From NCBI GenBank assembly GCA_964016885.1, contig CAXHJY010000542.1:1-64000 (forward strand): 64,000 bases of DNA. The letters run 5' to 3'. The notes beneath the pieces were generated by a model. The model searched no databases and was not told the origin of the DNA. It was given only the letters and a program-made list of their open reading frames with translations. Of this stretch, positions 1 through 12,077 are shown in pieces. How positions within the stretch are numbered: position 1 is the first letter of the stretch; every line of letters begins with the position of its first letter. Origin of the DNA: Eledone cirrhosa. Taxonomy: Eukaryota. The position numbers were made by a program, and so were the translations under genes.

Positions 1-175
1 AAACCAACCAGCCAACCAACCAATAAACACCTTTCTTTTATATTCTATATATATTTACAAAAGGGATAGAATCGATTTTATTAACATTTCATTGCAATTT
101 ATGCTTTCGAACCTCTCCAAAGGTTAACGACAAAGACAGCTGTGGTGGTTCTTAAGATTGTCATAAGGTTTTGTA

Positions 176-510
176 GGCAGAGAATTGGCAAAGTCACATA
201 GAATGCTTTATGGTATTCCTTTCGACTCTCTATGCTCTGACTTCAAATCCTTCTGAGATAAACTTTGCTTTCCATCCAATCGAGATCGATAAAAAAAAAG
301 TATCAGTCGATACTGGAGTCGATTCTTCCTCTATATCTCTTTCTCACTTCCTCTCTCTCTCTCACTTTCCTTTTCTGAAAGAAATCTGCTGAATTCAGTC
401 CTGAAGAGGAGATGAGCTCCGTCGGATTTTAAGATGCCCAAGAAACCTAAAAATCGCCGTATGTCAATACGGCGTCCCTACGGCTCCCTCGGGAGTTATG
501 GGACCATGCA
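176..510 (+). mobile_element. tRNA-derived SINE (family 2), long form
   Basis: A-box-like TTGGCAAAGTC, B-box-like TTCAAATCC, central CTTTCCATCC..TCGATAAA domain; similar copies throughout the window. Confidence 0.75.
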
Positions 511-945
511 TGCATACATGCATAACATTCTGTGCGGTGAATACCCCAGAGCAAAGTGACTTCGCGAACGTACTTTGATTTTCAATTTTTAATTGGTGCC
601 AGTTCATTTCATTTACGCTTATATTGTCTTTCCAAATCAGAAAATACAGTTCAGTTGAGTTCAGTTGATAAAACAGGGATTACAGTTGATTAGTGAAACA
701 GCTTTACGTCAATCAACACAGATGTTGCTAAGGATGATGTTAATCGTTTATGATTGCTGTCGAGTCACTTCCACATTTGTTCAAGCTTTGTTGATTTTTA
801 AATTGTTCAATTCACCTGCAACACTTCGTCTTGTCGAAAATTGATAAAGATAAAGATCAACATATATTTAAAAGAAAATATAAATATAAATAACGAAATA
901 GAAATGACTTATTGCCCTACTTCTCTCTCAATATATATATAGAGT

Positions 946-1167
946 GAAGACGCATGGCTGATTGGTTAGGAAACTGGATTCGCAATTGTGAGGTTGTCAG
1001 TTCGATTCCTGAGGTTGTCAGTTCGATGCGTTATGTCCTTGAGCAAGACACTTTATTTCATGTTGCTCCTTCTACCTGGAGTTGCGACCGATAGATAGTA
1101 TTAGCAATTGGAAAGACCAACGGAAACATTTTCTCCTCGCTCCGATTTGACGAAAGTCGATCGACTC

Positions 1168-1170
<3 letters not shown>
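946..1170 (+). mobile_element. tRNA-derived SINE (family 1)
   Basis: TGGCTGATTGGTTAG A box, GTTCGATTCC B box, TGTCCTTGAGCAAGACACTT domain; matches 6310-6528, 35686-35905, 62850-63048. Confidence 0.8.
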
Positions 1171-1226
<56 letters not shown>

Positions 1227-1411
1227 AGGGGGGAGGGGTAAAACCTGACCGCGGCGCCAAGCGGTTTCGGCTTGTGTGTTAAACTTAACATAAAAAAATC
1301 AGTATTGCATCATATACATATTTAATTACCTATTACATATGTTTCACTGCCGATCAGCTCGAGGAACAATCGATTAATGTTCGATCCTGACTCTGGAATC
1401 GGGAGCTCCTC

Positions 1412-1494
<83 letters not shown>

Positions 1495-1619
1495 TGTATG
1501 TATAGTATATTTGGCAATATACCGTATGTTTAATTAAAAACATTTAGAAGACCATTCGCTGTCAGTTTTAAAGTAGTGACTATGTCACTTACTTACTTTC
1601 GGCAAAGGCTGGAAGAGAG

Positions 1620-1658
1620 GCTGACAGCTGTTTCTCGCTGGTTGGCGTTTATCAAAGC
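1620..1658 (-). ncRNA. minimal type I hammerhead ribozyme, U3-A8 core variant
   Basis: Minus strand reads gct-TTGATAA-acgccaaccagcga-GAAA-cagctg-TC-agc: 3-bp stem I, short stem II, palindromic stem III, GUC site; tail runs to (TA)n at ~1490. Confidence 0.65.
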
Positions 1659-1724
1659 ACTTGCATATAAATATATATGTGTGTTTGTATGTGTATTGGA
1701 TCACTGATGTTTCAGAGACGCATA

Positions 1725-2206
1725 TCTAAACTATAATAAAGTAAGGAGTGCAGGACTGCGTCCAGATATGATTTTTATTATCCCGTTTGTAAAATAAGTT
1801 GGATTACTTTGAATAAATAATGAATGAATATTACATAATTTATCTACTAAATTTCGTGGCTGTTGATTAAAAATATTTTATTATTTATTTAAAGATTCAC
1901 TTCTTTAAAATTTTCAAATGTCAACACTTCCGGTTAGCGATCGCTTAAATAAACATTCATATATTTCGTCACTAATTTTCTCCTAATGCAGTTTATATAT
2001 AATATCGTCTTTTTTTAATGTATCATGGATTACGTTACTGATTACATAAAACACTGTAACACAGTCTCTCTTCAATTTCTGTGTATATTGTCAATTACGA
2101 TTTTATTTGGTGTATCATATCTACATGTATATATACCTGTGTATACTATCAATATGCACACTACACATGCTAGCAGAAAACCACCCTTCGGGTGGTTTTT
2201 TTATAG
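1725..2206 (+). mobile_element. non-autonomous Helitron
   Basis: A|TCTAAACTATAATAAA 5' end; 3' hairpin AAAACCACCC-TTC-GGGTGGTTTT then ATAG|T; second copy at 56874-57559 (-). Confidence 0.65.
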
Positions 2207-2654
2207 TACCCTTAATGTAGTTCTTGGGTAGATTCAACATGACACAAAGTCTGATAAGCCTGGCCCCTTGAATTTCAGGTACAACTCATTTTTGCCAGGT
2301 GAGTAGACGTAAAAATAAAATGTTTGTTCCGGCTCAAATCCCGCTGAGATCAACTGTAACTTTCATCTTTCGAAGTCGATAAAAAGATACCAGTTAAATA
2401 CTGTGGTCAATTCTGTCTCTATGTATCTCTAGCTCACTTCCTCACTATCATTCTCTCTCTTCTTCTCTGAAAGAAACTAACCGTCTTCAGACCTTGAGAG
2501 AGGATCGGCTCTACTAGGTTTAAAATGTCAAAAATGGTCTACTTCATTGGATGTACACGAAGTCACAGGTTTTATATCAGGCTAACCTTCTCTTAGAGAG
2601 ATGTCTGAAAGAAGACTGGGAGTCTCTCGCCACAAAAAAAAAAAAACTTTATTT

Positions 2655-2844
2655 GATTGCCGTTGACTCTCTTGAGTTCCTTCGCCCTTTGACGGGTTTT
2701 GTTTTTCATCCTGCAGGGTGTCCAAAATTACCTGCAAGCTCACCAAGCAGGCTTGGTGAGGTTGCGGGTTTAGTCACCGACGACCCAACCATGCACAGGT
2801 TGTAATGGGTTACATGTTACCAGTAGCACTGAAGAGCGACCTGA
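2655..2844 (-). mobile_element. 5' segment of RTE-like non-autonomous element (family D)
   Basis: Homologous to 37810-37950 and 55935-56128; abuts (CA)n. Confidence 0.6.
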
Positions 2845-3536
2845 CACACACACAGACACAGACTCAGACACACACAAGCACACGCATACACACACAGACA
2901 CATACAGAAGAGAGACACACACACATACACACAAACACATACACACACAGACACACAGAGGTACACACAGACACACCCGGACACACACAGACACACAAAG
3001 GCACACACAGACACAAACAAAGGAACCTACACCTATCTCTCTAATTATTTCACATTTCTATCTAGATGTGATTTCTTCTTATATCCCCATTAAAGTTGAT
3101 AACCATTTGAATATTCGATCAATATGGTTTTACATGTGTGGGTTAATAAGTGAAGCGAAATAGCTTTCGACCGGAAGTAGAAAGCAATTGTCTCGGCCGC
3201 CATTTTCCCGACCACTCAACCTCTTGATAAGGCTACCACGACGACGTTTCCCGTCTTCTTAAGCTAGTTTTATATCTATCTATTTATACGACCATTATTT
3301 TCTTTGTCTGACAGCTTCAGTGGCTTTCTTCTTCTACAGAAACATTTCTTTCACAGAAACAATTGTCAAAATCTGGCATTGATTTGTACATTTAAAAATC
3401 AATAATAACAAAACTTGTTTAGAGCACATACATACACATACAGAGAGAGAGAGACACACACACACACAAACAGACACACAGAGACATAAAGACACAGAGA
3501 CATAGACACACACGCACACACACACACACATACATA

Positions 3537-3590
<54 letters not shown>

Positions 3591-4017
3591 CCATGCTGAC
3601 GCAGTGAAACACACACAGTGATACATATACAGTGATACACATACACACTCACACACACATACAGACACACACACACAGATACACACGAACGGAGTGACAC
3701 AGACACACACTCACACCGACACACACACACACACACACAGACTCACAGACACACACACAGACATACACAGACACAGACACACATACACACACTCACACAC
3801 ACATACGCACACCCACACAATCCACCCATACAGACAGACACACTCACACACACAGACACACACGGTCACACGCACACACACACACAGAGACAGACAGACC
3901 AAGTTGCCAAACGTGTATACACACAAAGAAAAGAACACTTAATACGTTCTGAAGTGTTTATATTTGTAGATTAGGAGTTGATGAGGCTTCCACGGACATA
4001 ACTGACTATGGTGAACA

Positions 4018-4089
<72 letters not shown>

Positions 4090-4221
4090 GAGGTTATATT
4101 TAATTTGTTGGGATTCAACAAGCTTAAACATTTTTATAACTGATATAAAGCACTCAACAGTTTTAGTGGAGTAAATACACAATATATTAATAAATGGAAA
4201 CTATATTTATAAAACCATATT

Positions 4222-4284
4222 TATTTTATTATACATATTTCAAGGGCAACCAAGGCAAATTATGGTGCGCTTTCATCAGATAAA
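4222..4284 (-). ncRNA. type I hammerhead ribozyme (family A)
   Basis: tttat-CTGATGA-aagcgcacc...ggttgccctt-GAAA-tatgta-TA-ataaa. Confidence 0.7.
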
Positions 4285-4347
4285 GCTCCAACCGTTAAGG
4301 TTGTCTTTTTTCCGTGTATGTCAATATTTATTTATAAAACAAATCTG

Positions 4348-4413
4348 TATTTTACCTGATGAAAGCGCACCATAATTTGCCTTGGTTGCCCTTGAAATAT
4401 GTATAATAAAATA
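4348..4413 (+). ncRNA. type I hammerhead ribozyme (family A, inverted copy)
   Basis: tattttac-CTGATGA-aagcgcacc...ggttgccctt-GAAA-tatgta-TA-ataaaata; the core-proximal stem I pair is mismatched. Confidence 0.65.
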
Positions 4414-4469
4414 AATATGGTTTTATAAATATAGTTTCCATTTATTAATATATTGTATATATATATATA

Positions 4470-4915
4470 TATAACTGACTGTGATGTACAGGTGTGTATA
4501 TATATATACATACATAACTGGCTGTGATGTACAGGTGTGTATATATATATACATACATAACTGGGTGTGATGTACAGGTGTATATATATATATACATGCA
4601 TAACTGGCTGTGATGTACAGGTGTGTATATATATATATACATGCATAACTGGGTGTGATGTACAGGTGTGTATATATATATACATACATAACTGGGTGTG
4701 ATGTACAGGTGTGTATATATATATACATACATAACTGGCTGTGATGTACAGGTGTGTATATATATATACATACATAACTGGGTGTGATGTATAGGTGTGT
4801 ATATATATATACATACATAACTGGCTGTGATGTACAGGTGTGTATATATACATACATAACTGGGTGTGATGTACAGGTGTGTGTATATATATACATACAT
4901 AACTGGCTGTGATGA
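4470..4915. repeat. minisatellite, ~42-46 bp unit
   Basis: ~10 copies of catacataactggctgtgatgtacaggtgtg(ta)n. Confidence 0.9.
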
Positions 4916-5051
4916 AAATGCGTGTATATCCACACCGATATGTATATATATATGAAGGGGGCCGACCCGACTAGAAACTGCTAAATGTGTGGCCACCTTC
5001 TTGTCTCTGCCTTTTCAGCCCCATGGATTATATTCCTTTGTTAAATTTTGA

Positions 5052-5109
5052 ATACCTGATGATGTCACCGGATTCATACTGAACTCAGTCATTGAAATGT
5101 TCATAGTAT
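5052..5109 (+). ncRNA. type I hammerhead ribozyme, stem II partly decayed
   Basis: atac-CTGATGA-tgtcaccggattcatactgaactcagtcatt-GAAA-tgttca-TA-gtat; followed by AATAAA, a short tail and (TA)n. Confidence 0.6.
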
Positions 5110-5152
5110 AATAAACCTTTAAGGAATTACACCAGTCCAGCCTCCTGTTATT

Positions 5153-5221
<69 letters not shown>

Positions 5222-5236
5222 TATATGTGTGTGTTT

Positions 5237-5458
5237 GAATGAAGTAATTCCGTCGGAAAAGTCCAGGAAAAAAGAGTGCTCTATGTAAGCAACAGAGCTT
5301 AATTATTATTATGTAATAAACAACATAAGGCAATTATTCCATTTGCCTGTGGTTTCTTAAAAGCAAAAGGTTTTGAGGATTGAAAGCAAAACCTTTTGCT
5401 TTTAAGAAACCACTGGTAAATGGAATAATTGCCTTATGTTGTTTATTACATAATAATA
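5237..5458 (-). mobile_element. family C HHR element 3' end with fold-back palindrome
   Basis: 72-bp inverted arms 5304-5375 and 5387-5458; GAAA-ccactgg-TA-aatgg half-hammerhead; homologous to 42417-42545 and 42863-42975. Confidence 0.7.
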
Positions 5459-5479
5459 TATATATATATATATAATATA

Positions 5480-5549
<70 letters not shown>

Positions 5550-5700
5550 TATATAATATATATTAGAATAGAGGCGGTAAAAAACCAGTAAGACCATTAA
5601 TCATCAGAGTACTCGATAGTAGAGTGCGGTCATGAATTTTTTCATATATATGCATATATATATATATACACACACATATATAAATATATATGTATGTATT

Positions 5701-5758
<58 letters not shown>

Positions 5759-5939
5759 AAGACAGGGGGGAAGAAAAAAATGGCTTCACTTGTACTTTCA
5801 ACAAATTTATTTTCTTCACAATATCCAAAAATATTTTTTTTCCGGATTAGAAAAAATTATTTATTTTATTTTTATTTTTTTATTTTTTATAAATTGAGTC
5901 GTTGGTGTATGTGTGTATGTATATATATATGTGTATGTA

Positions 5940-6180
5940 TGGTCCCGTAACTCCTGATAGAGTTGTAAAGGCGCCATATTGACATACGGCGTTTCTTGGG
6001 TATTTTAAGGCCTGAGTACAGTAGATTTCTTACAAAGAGAGCTTAAAAGTGAGAGAGAGGAAATGAGAAAGAAATGTAGAGGAAGAATTGACCCCAGTAC
6101 TAGACTGGTACTTTTTGTTATTGACCTCGAAAGGATGAAAGGCAAAGTTGACTTCGGTGGGGTTTGAACTCTGAGAGAGC
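5940..6180 (-). mobile_element. SINE family 2
   Basis: Reverse complement of the family 2 body (aaggatgaaaggcaaagttgac...tttgaactc). Confidence 0.75.
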
Positions 6181-6265
6181 AGAGATATATATACATACAT
6201 ATATACATACATATATACATACAATTTTTTAAATATTTATATGTATATTTACATATATTTATGTG

Positions 6266-6309
<44 letters not shown>

Positions 6310-6310
<1 letters not shown>

Positions 6311-6528
6311 AGGAACGATCGACTTTCGTCAAATCGGACCGACGGAATAATGTTTCCGTTGGTCTTTCCAATTGCTAATACTATCTATCGGTCGCAACTC
6401 CAGGTAGAAGGAGCAACGTGAAATAAAGTGTCTTGCTCAAGGACATAACGCATCGCCTGGTCCGGGAATCGAACTCACAACCTCACGATTGCGAATCCAA
6501 TTCTCTAACCACTCAGCCACACGCCTTC
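6310..6528 (-). mobile_element. SINE family 1
   Basis: ggaatcgaac (B box, reverse complement), ctaaccactcagcca (A box, reverse complement). Confidence 0.8.
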
Positions 6529-6530
6529 AC

Positions 6531-6582
<52 letters not shown>

Positions 6583-6652
6583 ACAAATACATGTAAATAT
6601 ACATATAGATATAAAAACATGTATGTATATATACATGACAGTGTCTGTGTGG

Positions 6653-6703
<51 letters not shown>

Positions 6704-6784
6704 AGTCGTGAGAACGTTGGATAGAATGCTTTATGTTATTCGTTTCGGCTCTCTGCTCTCGGAGCTCAAATCCCACCGAGGTCA

Positions 6785-6860
<76 letters not shown>

Positions 6861-7144
6861 AAGAAAAAAAGATGAAATCGAAAATGCAACTGGAGTCTTA
6901 TTTTTTAAAAATTATATATATTTATTTGGTTCCTTTACCGGTTTCAAAAGTAGAGTTGAGATGGAGGGTCTGTGGTTTTTCTCGCATCAGATGTGAGAAA
7001 AACCACAGACCCTATCTCTACCTCTATATCTCTAGCTGTCTGTCTGTCTGTCCGTCACACTATCTCTACCTCTATGGTTAGAATCTCCTGGATAGTTTTA
7101 AAAATATTTTGCTTGTTGTATCCCAACAAATTAAATATAACCTC

Positions 7145-7189
<45 letters not shown>

Positions 7190-7769
7190 ATATTATTATA
7201 TTTGGGTTTGGGAAGGGTCATGTTGTTATAATATTGCCAAAAATATATAATAAAACATTTCACACCCCAAATATAATAATATTTGTTTCAACACTCGATT
7301 TCATACCAAAAAACCTTGCATAACAAATTCATCGCCGCATAATTGTATATATATATGTGTATATATATATGTGTATATATATGTGTGTGTATATATATGT
7401 GTGTGTATGTGTGTATATGTGTATATATATATGTGTATATGTATATATATGTGTATATATATGTGTATATATATGTGTATCTATATATATGTATATATAT
7501 ATATATATATGTATATATATGTATGCATATATAAATATGTTCATATATATATATGCATATGTATATATTTATGTATATATATTTATATTTATATATGTAT
7601 ATATATATCTATATATATATCTATATATATATCTATATATAGATATAATCATATGTATATGTATTTATATATGTATATATATATGTGTGTGTATATATAT
7701 ATATATATATAGATATATATGTACATATATATATATATGTATATGTATATACATATATATATATATACA

Positions 7770-7860
<91 letters not shown>

Positions 7861-8051
7861 AATGTTATAAATATGATAAGGAAAGTTGTGATACCATCTT
7901 GCATTTCTTTCAAGTCAATATATTTCGAGATAAAATCCTTTCATCAAAAGATAAATAGAAAAAGTTAGTTCGTGTTTGATATTTGTCGTCGTTACTAAGT
8001 TGCCAACTTTTAATATTTATCTCCTATTTTTATGGACACACACAGACACAT

Positions 8052-8186
<135 letters not shown>

Positions 8187-8699
8187 CAAATACATGCATA
8201 CACACACAGACACATGCATACACGCACACGCACACATGCATACACACACACACAGACACACACACACACACACGCTCACTCAGACACAGACACACATACA
8301 CAGACACATGCATACACAGACTCAGAGAAGTACTCACACACACACACATACACGAACACTCACACAGACACACACATACGCACGCATACACATACACACA
8401 CACATACACGAACACTCACACAGACACACACATACACACACATACACATACACACACACACACATCACACACAGAAGCACACACAAGCACGTAGAGAAAT
8501 ACACACACACACACACACATACACTCATACAGACACACGCACACACAGAGAAATGCACACGCGCACACACACAGACACACACTCACAGACACACGCATAC
8601 ATACGCATACACACACACACCACACAGAAACACACTCACCGAAACACACACAACACACACTGACATAGATTCACACACATGTATATTCAATTCATTATT

Positions 8700-9480
8700 C
8701 TCTCACTATCTCTGTCTGTCTGTCACACTATCTCTACCTCTATATCTCTAGCACTATGTCTGTCTGTCTGTCACACTATCTCTACCTCTATATCTCTAGC
8801 TATCTGTCTGTCTGTCTGTCCGTCACACTACATCTACCTCTATATCTCTAGCACTATGTCTGTTTGTCCGTCACACTATCTCTACCTTCTTTACCTCTAT
8901 ATCTCTAGCTATATGTCTGTCTGTCTGTCACACTATCTTTACCTCTATATCTCTAGCACTATGTCTGTCTGTCACACTATCTCTACCTCTATATCTCTAG
9001 CTATCTGTCTGTCTGTCCGTCACACTATCTCTACCTCTATATCTCTTGCACTATGTCTGTCTATCTGTCACACTATCTCTCCCTCTATATCTCTAGCACT
9101 ATGTCTGTCTGTCTGTCACACTATCTCTACCTCTATATCTCTAGCACTATGTCTGTCTGTCACACTATCTCTACCTCTATATCTCTAGCTATCTGTCTGT
9201 CTGTCTGTCCGTCACACTACATCTACCTCTATATCTCTAGCACTATGTCTGTCTGTCTGTCACACTATCTTTACCTCTATATCTCTAGCTCTATGTCTGT
9301 CTGTCACACTATCTCTACCTCTATATCTCTAGCTGTTTGTCTGTCCGTCACACTATCTCTACCTATATATCTCTAGCTATATATCTGTCTGTCCGTCACA
9401 CTATCTCTAGCTATCTGTCTGTCTGTCTGTCACACTATCTCTACCTCTTTAAACATATGTCTGTATGTCACACTATGTAT
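8700..9480. repeat. minisatellite, ~40-48 bp unit
   Basis: Tandem (tctg)n-tcacactatctctacctctatatctctagcactatg. Confidence 0.9.
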
Positions 9481-10612
9481 GTGTGCGCGCACGCACACTT
9501 ATGCATACAGCCTCCCCCCACACACATTCACAACCACATTACAATCAGTTAAACAAATACATACACACACATACGCACACAAACTTACACACACACACAC
9601 ACATATCCATAGATACACACAGGCATATACGACCACATTACACGTGTTCTGTTTATAACACACGAACACATAAATACAAACACACACATACACACACAGA
9701 AACATACACACACATTCACGACCACATTACAAGCATTCTGTTTGTCATTCACAAACATGCACACACTCACTTACACACACACACACACATATACATATAC
9801 ACATATATGCATACACACACATATACATACACGCACATATACACACACACATATACATACACACACATATACATACACACAGATATACATACACACACAT
9901 ACACACATATACACATACACACACATATACATAGGCACACATATACATGCACACATATATACATACATATACACTCTCACACACATACACATACATATGT
10001 ATTTGTATATATATATATATGTGTGTGTGTATATGTGTATATATGCACATACATATACATACACACACATACACATACTTATATATACAGACACCTACAC
10101 ACAAACACATACATATATATATATACATATACATATACATATACACATACATATACATACATACATATACATACACACATACATATATATATACATATGC
10201 ATATTTTGACATAAATTGACTTTGCTTTTATTCAATCAGTGAAGAACTAAAATTGATGGCCTTCCCGTTTATAGTGCTGCACTCCTGCCATTCCGTCCTG
10301 CCATCACACCCCCTATATACTGACAGCACAGTCCATATTATACATAGCTCTTTCATGTGACAGCTGTCTATGTTTTCCACATATACACCCATATAGATGC
10401 TATCTGGTAAGTTCGTTTGTTCATCTATAAATGCATTGCTTACATAATAAGTAATTGTGTATGTAAATATTCCTACACACACACACATACACACACACGT
10501 ACCACACTCACTCACGCACACACACACACACACACACATACACATATACACACACATACATACATACATACATACATACATACATACATACATACATACA
10601 TACATACACATA

Positions 10613-10645
<33 letters not shown>

Positions 10646-11180
10646 GTACCACACTCACTCACGCACACATACACACGTCCACACATACATACATACATAC
10701 AAACATACACATATACACATACACACATACACACACACACACGCGTCCACACATACATACATACAAACATGCATACATATATACATAGACACGGAAACAT
10801 GACACAAAACATGCAGATCCACACATACAATAACATCCATACGTAAACATACATATAAACAAACACACACGCACACACACACGCACACGCACAAACACAC
10901 ACACTCACATAAACATACACACATACACACATAAACACACACGCACTCACATAAATATACACACACACATACAGGCATGCGTACGTATTTAGATAGTTGA
11001 TGTCTAAATTCCAATGAAAGTATCTTATGTCACGGTTAGAAACCGACTTTCTATCGGGGAAAATTTATAAAGCAATATAGCTAGAAGAACACACATACAT
11101 ACATGCATACATACATACATACATACATACATACATACATACATACATACATACATACATACATACATACATACATACAT

Positions 11181-11490
11181 AGGAAATTACAAGTACAATC
11201 CATTAATGGAACAGTAAAAAATATGTAAAACATTCCAAAAATTCTGCATCTAATAACTGCATATACACATGTTCAGCTACAAAGCATATACACATGTATA
11301 CATACAACTCAAAACATAAACATCCATACATACAATAACAGCCATACCTGCACACACATGCATACATGCAGAAATATATACATATCTATCTAATTGTTGT
11401 GTAAATTCCAACGAGAGAGTCTTGTAACTATGTTAGAAACCGACTCTCCCTCTATTGGTAAAAATTTATGAAATTATAAAACCAGAACAT
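11181..11490 (+). mobile_element. 3' end of R4/Dong-like LINE
   Basis: Homologous to the reverse complement of 39650-39942; flanked by (TACA)n on both sides. Confidence 0.75.
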
Positions 11491-11528
11491 ACATACATAC
11501 ATACATACATACATACATACATACATAC

Positions 11529-12077
11529 ATGGTGGCTGCCAACTCGTTTTCGAGTACGGCCACTACTTTATATCCATGTAGGAGAACCCCTACTGATGCG
11601 CTGAACAAGTGCGACTTTTTAGTCCAGCCAGCGACTTGAAAACTCTGGTACAAACACTACACTTGTGACAATTATTGACACATAGTGCTGGGCCCATGGT
11701 ACCATGTGATGACAAGTGCAGAGAGATCTCCAGATATAAAGCAATGCCTGTGCTGTCAAGCTTTTATAGTGAGCAAAGGCACTGCACAAAGCCAGTCCCA
11801 CTCTCTTAACCAAGATGATATTTACCAAAAAGAAGAACAAGTCAACATCATTGGATACCATCAGGGTTGCAGGTGTTATATCAGAGTTTTCCTTCTCCTA
11901 GAATTCTGCCTTGACAAAGGCTAAGGGGTCATCATCTCCCGGGTCGTTGGCGACTAAACTGGAAACCCCACCAAGGTTTCTTGGTGAGGAGGGTGACTTT
12001 GGACATCCTGCAGGACTAAAAACAAAACCTGTCAAAGGGCAAAGGAGCCCTTAAGAGTCAATGGCCATCCAAAATCA
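11529..12077 (-). mobile_element. family D non-autonomous retroelement with inverted 5' segment
   Basis: Near-identical to 31725-32135 and 37397-37950; 11941-12077 is inverted relative to the 37397 copy. Confidence 0.75.

Larger units (their letters stand above)
4087..4456 (-). mobile_element. (TA)n-embedded HHR element, family A, with inverted partial duplication
   Basis: Homologous to 25130-25447 and 43825-44264; inverted arms 4179-4284 and 4351-4456; both ends in (TA)n. Confidence 0.75.

Noticed and set aside
2176-2202. Rho-independent terminator-like hairpin plus T run
   Set aside because: Eukaryotic DNA; better explained as the Helitron 3' hairpin.
11619-11924. Repeated 79-80 aa ORFs in family D copies
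   Set aside because: Present on both strands of a repeat, with no recognisable motif; identity reflects recent copying.
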